Origin: Pyrodictium delaneyi
GTDB lineage: Archaea > Thermoproteota > Thermoprotei_A > Sulfolobales > Pyrodictiaceae
Reading direction: 5' to 3'
Length of the DNA: 32,111 nt
Assembly: GCA_015661645.1 (NCBI GenBank)
Contig: DQVR01000031.1
Coordinates: 1-32,111 of the forward strand
Part shown: piece after piece, positions 1-7,242 of the stretch
Layout: every line of letters starts with the position of its first letter
Numbering within the stretch: the stretch's first letter is position 1
Program-made: the position numbers and the translations under genes
Notes under the pieces: model-generated
What the model was told of the DNA's origin: nothing
The model's input: the letters and a program-made list of their open reading frames with translations, nothing else
Database searches by the model: none

Positions 1-680
1 CTGTGCTATATGAGATGAGTAGTGATGTGGCAAAGTACTTAGAGCTTCGTAATGGAAAGCCCGGTCCAGCGTTAAGAAAATACGTAGAAAACTGGGCTAA
101 GATGTTTGCGCCCATAGCGCCACATATAGCTGAAGAAGTATGGCACGAGATACTAGGCAAAGATAGCTTCATTTCAGTAGAGACTTGGCCAGCAATGGAC
201 CCCAAGAAGAGGGATGCACAGGCAGAGCTACTTATAAGCTATGTGGATAGGCTAGTTGATGATGTGAAATCTATATTACGCGTATACAAGGGCGAGGCGA
301 AGAGCCTAGTAGTGGCCGTTGCCAAGCCAGATAGCTGGCAGATAGCAAGGATAGTTGCATCGTACGTGTCGAAGGGTGGACAGCTACGCGACGCTATAAG
401 AGCTGTGATCAGCTCCGGTGTCCCTGGCAAGGAAGCGGCGCATATTGTGCGCAAGCTATACGAGTTTCTACGCAGTGTAGATGAGGCAGTGTTGACGCTT
501 ATGGAGAGTGTGCAGGAGTTTGACGAGAAAGAAGCAGTAACAAAGCTGAAGGACTATATATCTAGAAAGACCGGTATACAGAAGGTGGAGGTATACTACG
601 TAGACGAGGCAGACGGCAAGATCCCGCAGCAAAAACTCAAGCAGGTCATACCTCTAAGGCCAGCAATACTGATAGCGTAG
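1..680 (+). CDS. leuS: Leucyl-tRNA synthetase, C-terminal part (5' truncated by window)
   Basis: Class Ia anticodon-binding motif FAPIAPHIAEEVWHEILG...SFISVETWP and archaeal LeuRS C-terminus (VEVY...KQVIPLRPAILIA). Confidence 0.9.
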   Translation, partial: VLYEMSSDVAKYLELRNGKPGPALRKYVENWAKMFAPIAPHIAEEVWHEILGKDSFISVETWPAMDPKKRDAQAELLISYVDRLVDDVKSILRVYKGEAKSLVVAVAKPDSWQIARIVASYVSKGGQLRDAIRAVISSGVPGKEAAHIVRKLYEFLRSVDEAVLTLMESVQEFDEKEAVTKLKDYISRKTGIQKVEVYYVDEADGKIPQQKLKQVIPLRPAILIA

Positions 681-769
681 AATCTAACGAATGCCATGCT
701 TTTCAGAGGCCGCTTAGGCTGCTGACTATCTTGGCCAGTAGGTGGAGAGTAGGAGGTCAGGACCAGCCG

Positions 770-1381
770 CTAATACTCCGCTATTTTTACCATGCCGTCG
801 GCGTTTACCTCGAGGCAGCCTCTATCTACAAGCTCAAGCACAAGTCTCCTGGCTTCTCCGCGCTTTACGCCTAACGTGGAAGCTACAACATCAACTACAT
901 CTCTTAGATTAATCGGGCCCTCTTCTGCAACAACACTGATAGCCTCCATGATGTCCTTTCTACAAGGCGGCTCAGCTGGCACGGGCAGGTAGTTGTTAAG
1001 TGTAACGTATTCGCGCAGCCCGATCCGCGGAATGACGAGCATATAGACTTCGTTGTGGATACGCTTGACAGTCATACGCTCTAAGCCATACTTGAGGGGA
1101 TAGCGTATCTCCGTACCGGCGACAAAGAGAGGTCTACTGCTGGGAGTACACCATAGAAACACACCCTCTGTTTCTGCTTTGTCGCAGCTCCTAACGTCTA
1201 TCTCTAGGCCTAGAGAATCTATGGCAAGGGAGACTATTTGTCGAATAGGACTGGCAGCGTATATTGTACTGCCAGTATTCTTTGCGGCGAGAAGCCCAAG
1301 GCCTATAGAAATGCGCTGTAGCGGCGGCTTTACGTAGACCCGGAGACTTTGTCCCAGCCCGGTGAGAATCTTTGACGTCAT
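770..1381 (-). CDS. Hypothetical protein with probable C-terminal winged-helix domain
   Basis: 203-aa ORF; C-terminal GPINLRDVVDVVASTLGVKRGEARRLVLELVDRGCLEV fits a wHTH pattern. Confidence 0.7.
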   Translation of the reverse strand: MTSKILTGLGQSLRVYVKPPLQRISIGLGLLAAKNTGSTIYAASPIRQIVSLAIDSLGLEIDVRSCDKAETEGVFLWCTPSSRPLFVAGTEIRYPLKYGLERMTVKRIHNEVYMLVIPRIGLREYVTLNNYLPVPAEPPCRKDIMEAISVVAEEGPINLRDVVDVVASTLGVKRGEARRLVLELVDRGCLEVNADGMVKIAEY

Positions 1382-1409
1382 TACAGATAACCCCGAGACT
1401 GCTAGAGTT

Positions 1410-1481
1410 TGAGTTCAGCGTAGCTCAGCTTCCTCATAGCCCTTTATGTGGAGGCTCAGACCTCAGCTCCTCATCCTCCAG
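1410..1481 (-). ncRNA. Box C/D guide sRNA (D guide antisense to tRNA D-arm)
   Basis: Minus strand: C AGGATGA (1477-1471), D' CTGA (1459-1456), C' ATGAGGA (1437-1431), D CTGA (1418-1415), with 11- and 12-nt guides. D guide AGCTGAGCTACG pairs with tRNA CGUAGCUCAGCU. Confidence 0.75.
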
Positions 1482-1585
1482 CTATTTTGGGAAAGAGTAC
1501 CGGGACACTCCTTTATGAGTCTAAGCCAGCCTAGGCCTGGCTCTGGGCCAGGCTTAACAGCTTGCACAGATAGTCAGAGGTATAG

Positions 1586-1657
1586 TGGGTATGATGTGTA
1601 AGAGGGTCGCTGATAGCAGAACCCTAAGGTGATGAGTGCCGGAACGCTACTGACCCT
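1586..1657 (+). ncRNA. Box C/D guide sRNA (both guides antisense to 23S rRNA H69/H71 region)
   Basis: C ATGATGT 1591-1597, D' CTGA 1610-1613, C' GTGATGA 1629-1635, D CTGA 1650-1653, GGG/CCC terminal stem; guides GTAAGAGGGTCG and GTGCCGGAACGCTA. Confidence 0.85.
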
Positions 1658-1682
1658 CCACTGGCGTGCCTTGCTTAATGCT

Positions 1683-1690
1683 TTTATAAA
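1683..1690 (+). promoter_or_regulatory. Archaeal TATA box (probable promoter of the K-turn hairpin RNA)
   Basis: TTTATAAA about 25 nt upstream of the hairpin starting at 1716. Confidence 0.6.
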
Positions 1691-1713
1691 GTCTGTCCTT
1701 GTTCATTGATTAA

Positions 1714-1790
1714 CACGGCCCTGTGACAGCTCCGTGTGGGGCTACTAGGATGAACAGGGCCGGGACGTATTCACCGCGTCTCCCCTCTTA
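1714..1790 (+). ncRNA. K-turn hairpin RNA with single 3' 16S-antisense guide (atypical H/ACA-like pseudouridine guide candidate)
   Basis: Stem CGGCCCTGT-GA (1716-1726) / GAT-GA-ACAGGGCCG (1749-1762) forms a tandem-GA K-turn with inner hairpin AGCTCC/GGGGCT. 1762-1778 GGGACGTATTCACCGCG is complementary to archaeal 16S CGCGGUGAAUACGUCCC(U). Confidence 0.65.
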
Positions 1791-1848
1791 CTTACGCCGA
1801 AACCAGCAATTGTTGCTTCCTGGGTAGCTGCTTGGAGGGCTGCACAAA

Positions 1849-2544
1849 TTGATTGTAGTGGCTACAAGTGATGTGCATAGTCCACGCTACTTACTCCAGT
1901 ATGTTGTAGCGCTTAGCAAGCATTCGGAGCCGTGTCGTGAGGCTGGCGTGGTTCTGTGGGCAGGGGATATGGTTGAGCGTGGGCGAGTTGAGGCTCTACT
2001 CCCCGTGGTAGAGGCTACACGCAAAAAGTGTTCCTCGGCACGTATAGTATCGGTATTCGGTAACGAGGAGTATATAGATCGTGAAGCATATTTCATTAAA
2101 CGCTACCCCTACGTAGTCTGGCTGAATGATAGCTATATAGTGGTAGATGGGAAAGACAAATCAATAGCAATATATGGAAGTAGGGGTGTGCTTGATAGAC
2201 CTACAAGATGGCAGCGTAGGAACATACCAGGGATAGATGCTGTATACAAGCGTAGGGCAGAAAAGACTGCAGCTATGCTTAAGCAACTACGCGAAAAAGC
2301 CGACGTAGTAGTTCTTGTAACACATTACGCCCCGTCATACCTTACGCTTGAGGGCGAGGATCCAAAGATATGGCCAGAGCTTGGAAGCAAAACCATGGAG
2401 AAGATCCTCTTAGGCACTAAGCCAGACATAGCTGTTCATGGTCATGCGCATAGGTCAAAACGGCTGGAGGCATCAATTAATGGAACGCGTATAGTCAACG
2501 TCGCGTTCCCGGCTCGTAGAGACATAGTGGTCATAGAGCTTTAG
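1849..2544 (+). CDS. Calcineurin-like metallophosphoesterase (Icc-related)
   Basis: Motifs SDVH, AGDMV, GNEE, THYAP, HGHAH; TTG start after GGAGG. Confidence 0.88.
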   Translation: MIVVATSDVHSPRYLLQYVVALSKHSEPCREAGVVLWAGDMVERGRVEALLPVVEATRKKCSSARIVSVFGNEEYIDREAYFIKRYPYVVWLNDSYIVVDGKDKSIAIYGSRGVLDRPTRWQRRNIPGIDAVYKRRAEKTAAMLKQLREKADVVVLVTHYAPSYLTLEGEDPKIWPELGSKTMEKILLGTKPDIAVHGHAHRSKRLEASINGTRIVNVAFPARRDIVVIEL

Positions 2545-2546
2545 CT

Positions 2547-2617
2547 AGCCCGGTGATGCTTTAGGCCGCCTAAGCTGACAGCCGTCGCGTGATGAGTCTT
2601 TTACGGGCTGAGGGGCT
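2547..2617 (+). ncRNA. Box C/D guide sRNA
   Basis: C GTGATGC 2553-2559, D' CTGA 2575-2578, C' GTGATGA 2589-2595, D CTGA 2608-2611, terminal stem AGCCC/GGGCT. D guide GTCTTTTACGGG can pair with 23S 3'-region CCCGUAGAAGAC (recalled). Confidence 0.78.
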
Positions 2618-2678
2618 CAGCCAGCCGCCACATGGTCATCGGCAGAGCCTCTGGGTTCGGGATGATCGTCATGGCCCC
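2612..2678 (-). ncRNA. Box C/D guide sRNA (convergent with, and overlapping, the previous sRNA)
   Basis: Minus strand: C ATGACGA (2672-2666), D' CAGA (2653-2650), C' CCGATGA (2642-2636), D CTGA (2620-2617), terminal stem GGGGC/GCCCC. D guide TGTGGCGGCTGG can pair with 16S UCAGCCGCCGCG. Confidence 0.7.
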
Positions 2679-2792
2679 CAACAGCAGTGTACTAATACAG
2701 CTCCTATATTAGTCCTGGTATGGAGTACAAGTGCACGAGTCTGGGTTCTTGCATTTAAACCTAAGGATAACAGCTAGTGAGCGGGGGATAGT

Positions 2793-3554
2793 ATGCCGGG
2801 TAACGTCTATTTAGTAGACGCTCATTGTCATCTTCACGAGTATAGTATTGAAGAAATAAACGCGCTAACATTAAGCAATAATATAGTTATTGTGGCAGTT
2901 GGAGACGACCTTGAGACAAGCAATAGGGTCATAGAGATAGCAAAGACTAAGAGTAATATACTACCGTGTGTTGGTCTTCACCCGTGGCATGTAAAGAGCC
3001 GGGAGGAAGGTCTGAACACCGCCAAGAAGATTATCGAACTAGCGCTTGAGAACAATATTAAGTGCATAGGCGAGGTAGGCCTTGACACAAAGTTTGTGGC
3101 TGAAACCATAGAGCTCCAGCGTGAGATATTTAAACTATTTCTTGAGGCTGCAAGAGATAACAAACTAGTGCTTAACCTACACACGGCTGGTACATGGGAA
3201 GAAGTATACCAGTTACTAGTTCGGTACGACATAGAACGGGCTATGTTCCACTGGTATACTGGGCCACTTTACCTGCTAAAAGATATAGAGGCATCAGGAT
3301 ATATGATATCGATAAATCCAGCTGTAAAGATACAGCGTAAGCATAAGGCAGTTGTTGAGAATGCACCAATTACTATAATGTTAACGGAAAGTGATGGACC
3401 CTACGAGTATCGTGGAATGAAGCTAAACCCGTTAATGGTTAGGGAAGTTGTAGGGATTATAGCATCAATAAAGAATGTTGACCAGCACCTTGTACAGCGT
3501 CAAATCATACATAATCTAGAGAAACTATTCGGTGCTATAATAAACTATATTTAG
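2793..3554 (+). CDS. tatD: TatD family deoxyribonuclease
   Basis: DAHCHL, VGLHPW, IGEVGLD, LHT, FHWYTG, LTESDGPY motifs; TTTAAA TATA-like box at 2754-2759. Confidence 0.92.
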   Translation: MPGNVYLVDAHCHLHEYSIEEINALTLSNNIVIVAVGDDLETSNRVIEIAKTKSNILPCVGLHPWHVKSREEGLNTAKKIIELALENNIKCIGEVGLDTKFVAETIELQREIFKLFLEAARDNKLVLNLHTAGTWEEVYQLLVRYDIERAMFHWYTGPLYLLKDIEASGYMISINPAVKIQRKHKAVVENAPITIMLTESDGPYEYRGMKLNPLMVREVVGIIASIKNVDQHLVQRQIIHNLEKLFGAIINYI

Positions 3555-3570
3555 CTATCCAAAAATAGTG

Positions 3571-5397
3571 TTAGTTAGGTTTCTTGCCGTAAAGTATCTC
3601 GTCTGGTACAATGCCGCGATATGCTTCATAGTATATTGGTGAACTCTTTAGCAGCTTTATATTACGTACATACTTTACAGCAGGGCCTATGGCGTCCTCG
3701 CCATGTATCTTAGCATACTCGTCTAGCGGTATCTGATACTTGCGCAGTACATAGTCTCTATAGATCTCGTTTAGGACGTTATACGTACAGAACGGTATTA
3801 CTCTCCCATCCGGTACTAGATAATGTATGTTGCAGCGCATTACGCGCTCAACATCGTAGTTGTACTGGTCCATGAAGTGCATGTTGCCTAGGAAGAGCAT
3901 CTTATAGTGGAGTTCTCCTAGTGCGTCGTAGTTCCTCTTAACGAACACGTTTACTAGCAGCTTTGTTATGTTGAGGTCCTTTGGTATACGCTCCTTGTCA
4001 ACAAACTTTGAGATGTCTTTGACTATTGATGCAAGGCGTATTGTGCGCTTAAACTTAGCCATAGAGGTGAATTCTTCCTTTCTAAGCTCGGCAGTCTTCT
4101 CCTCTATATACTCAATGAAGCCCTCAACGTTGAAGAACTCTGTTATCGGTATGAAACGTTTAGGTAGGCCATTGTTGTCTCTCTCGACAAACACATATGT
4201 GGCTGAGCCGCATGCAGGATGGTTGCCCATACATATCTTGAGTTCGCCGCTCATAGCCTCGAGGAAGTATGCTATCTTTGCCGCGACGGGTATAGGGAAC
4301 CATGAATCAGCTGGTATTTGGCCGTCTGTCTGTTCCTCAACCCACTTTAGAACGTCAGGTATGGTTACCCTGTAGCGGCGCCGCTCATCTTTCCTCATGC
4401 GGCCTGTGAGGCTGACAGGCTGGAAGTTTACGCCGCGTATGACATCCATGTGTTTGGCAGCGAACTTTATTATAGCACCTAGCTCTTGGTCATTAATAGT
4501 CTTTATTACTGTTGGTACTAGTACGACGCTCGTCATGCCAGCCTTCCTAAATACTTCAAGCGTGTATGGTACCTCCCAGTGGTTCTTCGGATTGGCCCTA
4601 GGGGTTACCCCGTCGAAGCTCATGTACACGGTATTAAGCCCAGCCTCGCGGAGTGCTCTAGCGTAGTTTACAGCAGCGTCAATGCCTTTCTCGAACCATA
4701 ATCTAGCAAAGGTTATTCCATGTGTATTTAGCTGTATATGAGTAACACCCTCGTCTTTTAGCAGCTTTATTATCTCGATGAGATCGGGCCGTAGTGTTGG
4801 TTCGCCGCCGGTTATCTGTACGGACATGGTTACTCCTTCCTTCTTGTATTGGCGTATCATCTTGCGTATCTGCTCGAGTGTCGGCTCGTAAACGTATCCC
4901 ATTTTTTCTGCATAGAAGAAGCAGTACCAGCATGAGAGGTCGCAGCGGTTAGTCACAACTAGGTTGGCGAGCGCTGTATGATTCTTATGGCGTGGACATA
5001 GCCCGCAATTGAACGGGCATGGTGCTGATAGCTTGACGTGAGGGGTTACCCCGACACCCTCCTCTTCAAGATTCATAAATCTGTAGAACTGTTTTGCATC
5101 GCTGAAGTAGAGCTCCTCTATCGTCCCGTGTGTTGGACAAACCTTCCTTATGTATATGCTTCCGCCTTTCTCATAGATTAGTGCTGGGAGTAGCCTCGTA
5201 CAATATGGGCAAATGCTGGTAGTATAGGATACGAATTTTTCTCCGTCACGTAGCTTCGGTATTGGTCCACCTACTGGTATATGCTTCTCAGCCACTGTAA
5301 CAGTCTTCGTGGTAGCGTCGTATACTGCAGGTGCGTCAAATGTCTTAGTCTCCGCCTCTCTGTCCCCGGCTCTACGGGTCGTCGTTGCTAGCGCCAT
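3571..5397 (-). CDS. tes: Tetraether lipid synthase (Tes / GDGT-MAS, MJ0619 family radical SAM)
   Basis: N-terminal CPYC...CPTHG rubredoxin-like site, CPFNCGLC auxiliary cluster, VTNRCDLSCWYCF radical SAM motif, HPACG and RCNIHY...GRVIPFCTYN C-terminal cluster. Confidence 0.88.
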   Translation of the reverse strand: MALATTTRRAGDREAETKTFDAPAVYDATTKTVTVAEKHIPVGGPIPKLRDGEKFVSYTTSICPYCTRLLPALIYEKGGSIYIRKVCPTHGTIEELYFSDAKQFYRFMNLEEEGVGVTPHVKLSAPCPFNCGLCPRHKNHTALANLVVTNRCDLSCWYCFFYAEKMGYVYEPTLEQIRKMIRQYKKEGVTMSVQITGGEPTLRPDLIEIIKLLKDEGVTHIQLNTHGITFARLWFEKGIDAAVNYARALREAGLNTVYMSFDGVTPRANPKNHWEVPYTLEVFRKAGMTSVVLVPTVIKTINDQELGAIIKFAAKHMDVIRGVNFQPVSLTGRMRKDERRRYRVTIPDVLKWVEEQTDGQIPADSWFPIPVAAKIAYFLEAMSGELKICMGNHPACGSATYVFVERDNNGLPKRFIPITEFFNVEGFIEYIEEKTAELRKEEFTSMAKFKRTIRLASIVKDISKFVDKERIPKDLNITKLLVNVFVKRNYDALGELHYKMLFLGNMHFMDQYNYDVERVMRCNIHYLVPDGRVIPFCTYNVLNEIYRDYVLRKYQIPLDEYAKIHGEDAIGPAVKYVRNIKLLKSSPIYYEAYRGIVPDEILYGKKPN

Positions 5398-5448
5398 AGC
5401 GCAGCACCCAGTACATTCCCGTCCTCAGATAATTAGCCATTAGCTGCT

Positions 5449-5480
5449 GTATAAAAACGGCTGGTCGCGTAAGCCCAGCC
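5449..5480 (-). promoter_or_regulatory. Hairpin plus T-run/TATA between the COG1031 gene and tes (terminator and/or tes promoter)
   Basis: Minus strand GGCTGG-N10-CCAGCC followed by GTTTTTATAC. Confidence 0.4.
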
Positions 5481-5509
5481 AGTAGTATGGGCCGCAGTAC
5501 CTGAATTCA

Positions 5510-7225
5510 CTAGCAGGTAAAGCCCTTTAACGATAGGTATATTCGCTCTCTCTGAGTTAGTATTTTACGTAGTTCGTTGTTGTGCCTAAATGGTCTAAGC
5601 CTAGCTATCTCGGCAGCTCTATTCTTGCCTAAGAGCTTGGCTAGTGTAGACATGGCTGCAGCATTAGCATTAAGGGGTATTGGTAGCCCTCTAACGCTCC
5701 TACTAGAGTAGCCGTATACAGCAACCTTGAGTATACCCGGTGTGCTCATTTTGCATGGCATTTCGACTACTATTGGGTAACTTCCCGCCTGTCTGGCGAA
5801 AGTCACGCCAAGCTTCACATCATAGCGCTCTACATAGACGTAGGTTAGGACAGAACCACGCGGGAGCAATCGTTCTAGAAATAGTCTTGAATACTCGTTC
5901 ACTATACGCTGAAACCTCTTGGCAAGGTTCCTGTGCTTCTGTATAATTCTGGTACCAACACTGGCCATAGCCGTTCCTGGCAGCACAAGCACCTTTCTAA
6001 CGTTAATACGGCGTAGTAACAACCCCTGCTCATATATAGTCCTTATAAATTCTTCATTAAGTCTGTACGTCTCTACTGTCTCACCCTTAAGACCTAGTAC
6101 GAAGTTTATGCCGGGCAGAAGCTCTGGAAGACCATTATAACCTGGCTGGCTACCGTAACGGTTGATGATTTCTATGGCCTTGAGAGAGTCCTCTGGAAAA
6201 GTCTTAAGGTTATTGGCCTTCACGACTCGGGGATCGGCTGTCTCTACTCCTAGTGCAGCAACGTCGCCAGGAGTATGGTATCTCATTATCACCTTTAGAG
6301 CCTCTATACTCTCCCTTTCATGTCTAGCCAGAGTCCCCGGGTTAACGTTGTCTATATGAAGAGTCTTCAACCCGGGTGCAACAAGCCTGATACCGTAGAA
6401 CAGTTGCTCGAGTACACGAGGATTAGGCCTAGGCCATTCATCTTGTCCAAGCGATGGGCTTCCATAGACCAGTATGTCGGCCTGCCTACCTAGCCTGAAA
6501 TGGCGTACACCGGCCACGTAAAGCGCTTCTACCTCCCTAACTATGTCTCGCGGATCACGTTGTCTTGGTCTACCGTAGAGCTTAGTAACACAGAAGCTGC
6601 AGCCGCCACTCACCCATCTACTGCAGCTCCTGTAAGTCTCTATCTCCGCCGTGAGGTTGTAGCCGTGGTTGGGATGCTGTTCAACTATCCTGGCGCCCTT
6701 AACGGATATCTCCCCAAGTAGCTTCATGTCGTCAAGTATGCGCCAGGGCTCAGCTCTTTCTGGACCGAAGCGCGCAAAATCCAGCACATAGGCCTCGGGG
6801 TCGCCAGTCACTATGGTGTCGAAGCTCTCCTTAACCTCTCTCGGTAGAGCCGCTACAGTGCCGCCTTCATTGCCGATGCCCCAGCGTGCAGCCGCACCTA
6901 CTAGCACTTTGAAAGGCCGGTCTATGAGCCTGAACCACTGCCTTAGCTCTTCGAGTTTTATAGGTTCACCTCCTAGATACTTTCCTGGGACTACAGCGCC
7001 GGCTATCACTATCAGAGTGTCGTAGATATTTGCTCTCCTTATGAAGTCTCTTATATTCCCTCTTGCCTGGTCCACAGTCATGTAGTGTGCTTGTATCGAC
7101 TTGTCCACGTGCCACAAGGCGCCAGCTATATATCTAGGATAAACATCTATGTATGGTGGTACACCGAATCCCGCCGGCTCATCGGTATAACCATCTAAGA
7201 TTAGCACACGACGCGGCCTGGGCAT
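5510..7225 (-). CDS. Radical SAM protein with C-terminal TRAM-like and helix-hairpin-helix regions (COG1031)
   Basis: ILDGYTDEPAGFGVPPYIDVYPRY N-terminus, ETYRSCSRWVSGGCSFC cluster motif, ARQAGSYP, LNANAA...LGKNRAAEIARLRPF HhH. Confidence 0.85.
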   Translation of the reverse strand: MPRPRRVLILDGYTDEPAGFGVPPYIDVYPRYIAGALWHVDKSIQAHYMTVDQARGNIRDFIRRANIYDTLIVIAGAVVPGKYLGGEPIKLEELRQWFRLIDRPFKVLVGAAARWGIGNEGGTVAALPREVKESFDTIVTGDPEAYVLDFARFGPERAEPWRILDDMKLLGEISVKGARIVEQHPNHGYNLTAEIETYRSCSRWVSGGCSFCVTKLYGRPRQRDPRDIVREVEALYVAGVRHFRLGRQADILVYGSPSLGQDEWPRPNPRVLEQLFYGIRLVAPGLKTLHIDNVNPGTLARHERESIEALKVIMRYHTPGDVAALGVETADPRVVKANNLKTFPEDSLKAIEIINRYGSQPGYNGLPELLPGINFVLGLKGETVETYRLNEEFIRTIYEQGLLLRRINVRKVLVLPGTAMASVGTRIIQKHRNLAKRFQRIVNEYSRLFLERLLPRGSVLTYVYVERYDVKLGVTFARQAGSYPIVVEMPCKMSTPGILKVAVYGYSSRSVRGLPIPLNANAAAMSTLAKLLGKNRAAEIARLRPFRHNNELRKILTQRERIYLSLKGFTC

Positions 7226-7242
7226 AGGCTCTACGCCCCATC

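Noticed and set aside
717-768. Imperfect hairpin (GGCTG-CTGAC...GTCAG-GAC-CAGCC) between convergent genes
   Set aside because: No C box, convincing K-turn or T-tract; cannot assign a function
1533-1555. 10-bp hairpin followed by ACA (H/ACA-like?)
   Set aside because: No K-turn or pseudouridylation pocket; lies in the divergent promoter zone of two sRNAs
1762-1778. Possible 16S rRNA gene fragment or pseudogene on the minus strand
   Set aside because: The match is only 17 nt and is attached to a plus-strand K-turn hairpin with a promoter; better explained as an antisense guide
2589-2777. 62-aa ORF
   Set aside because: Overlaps two C/D sRNAs and has no protein-like features
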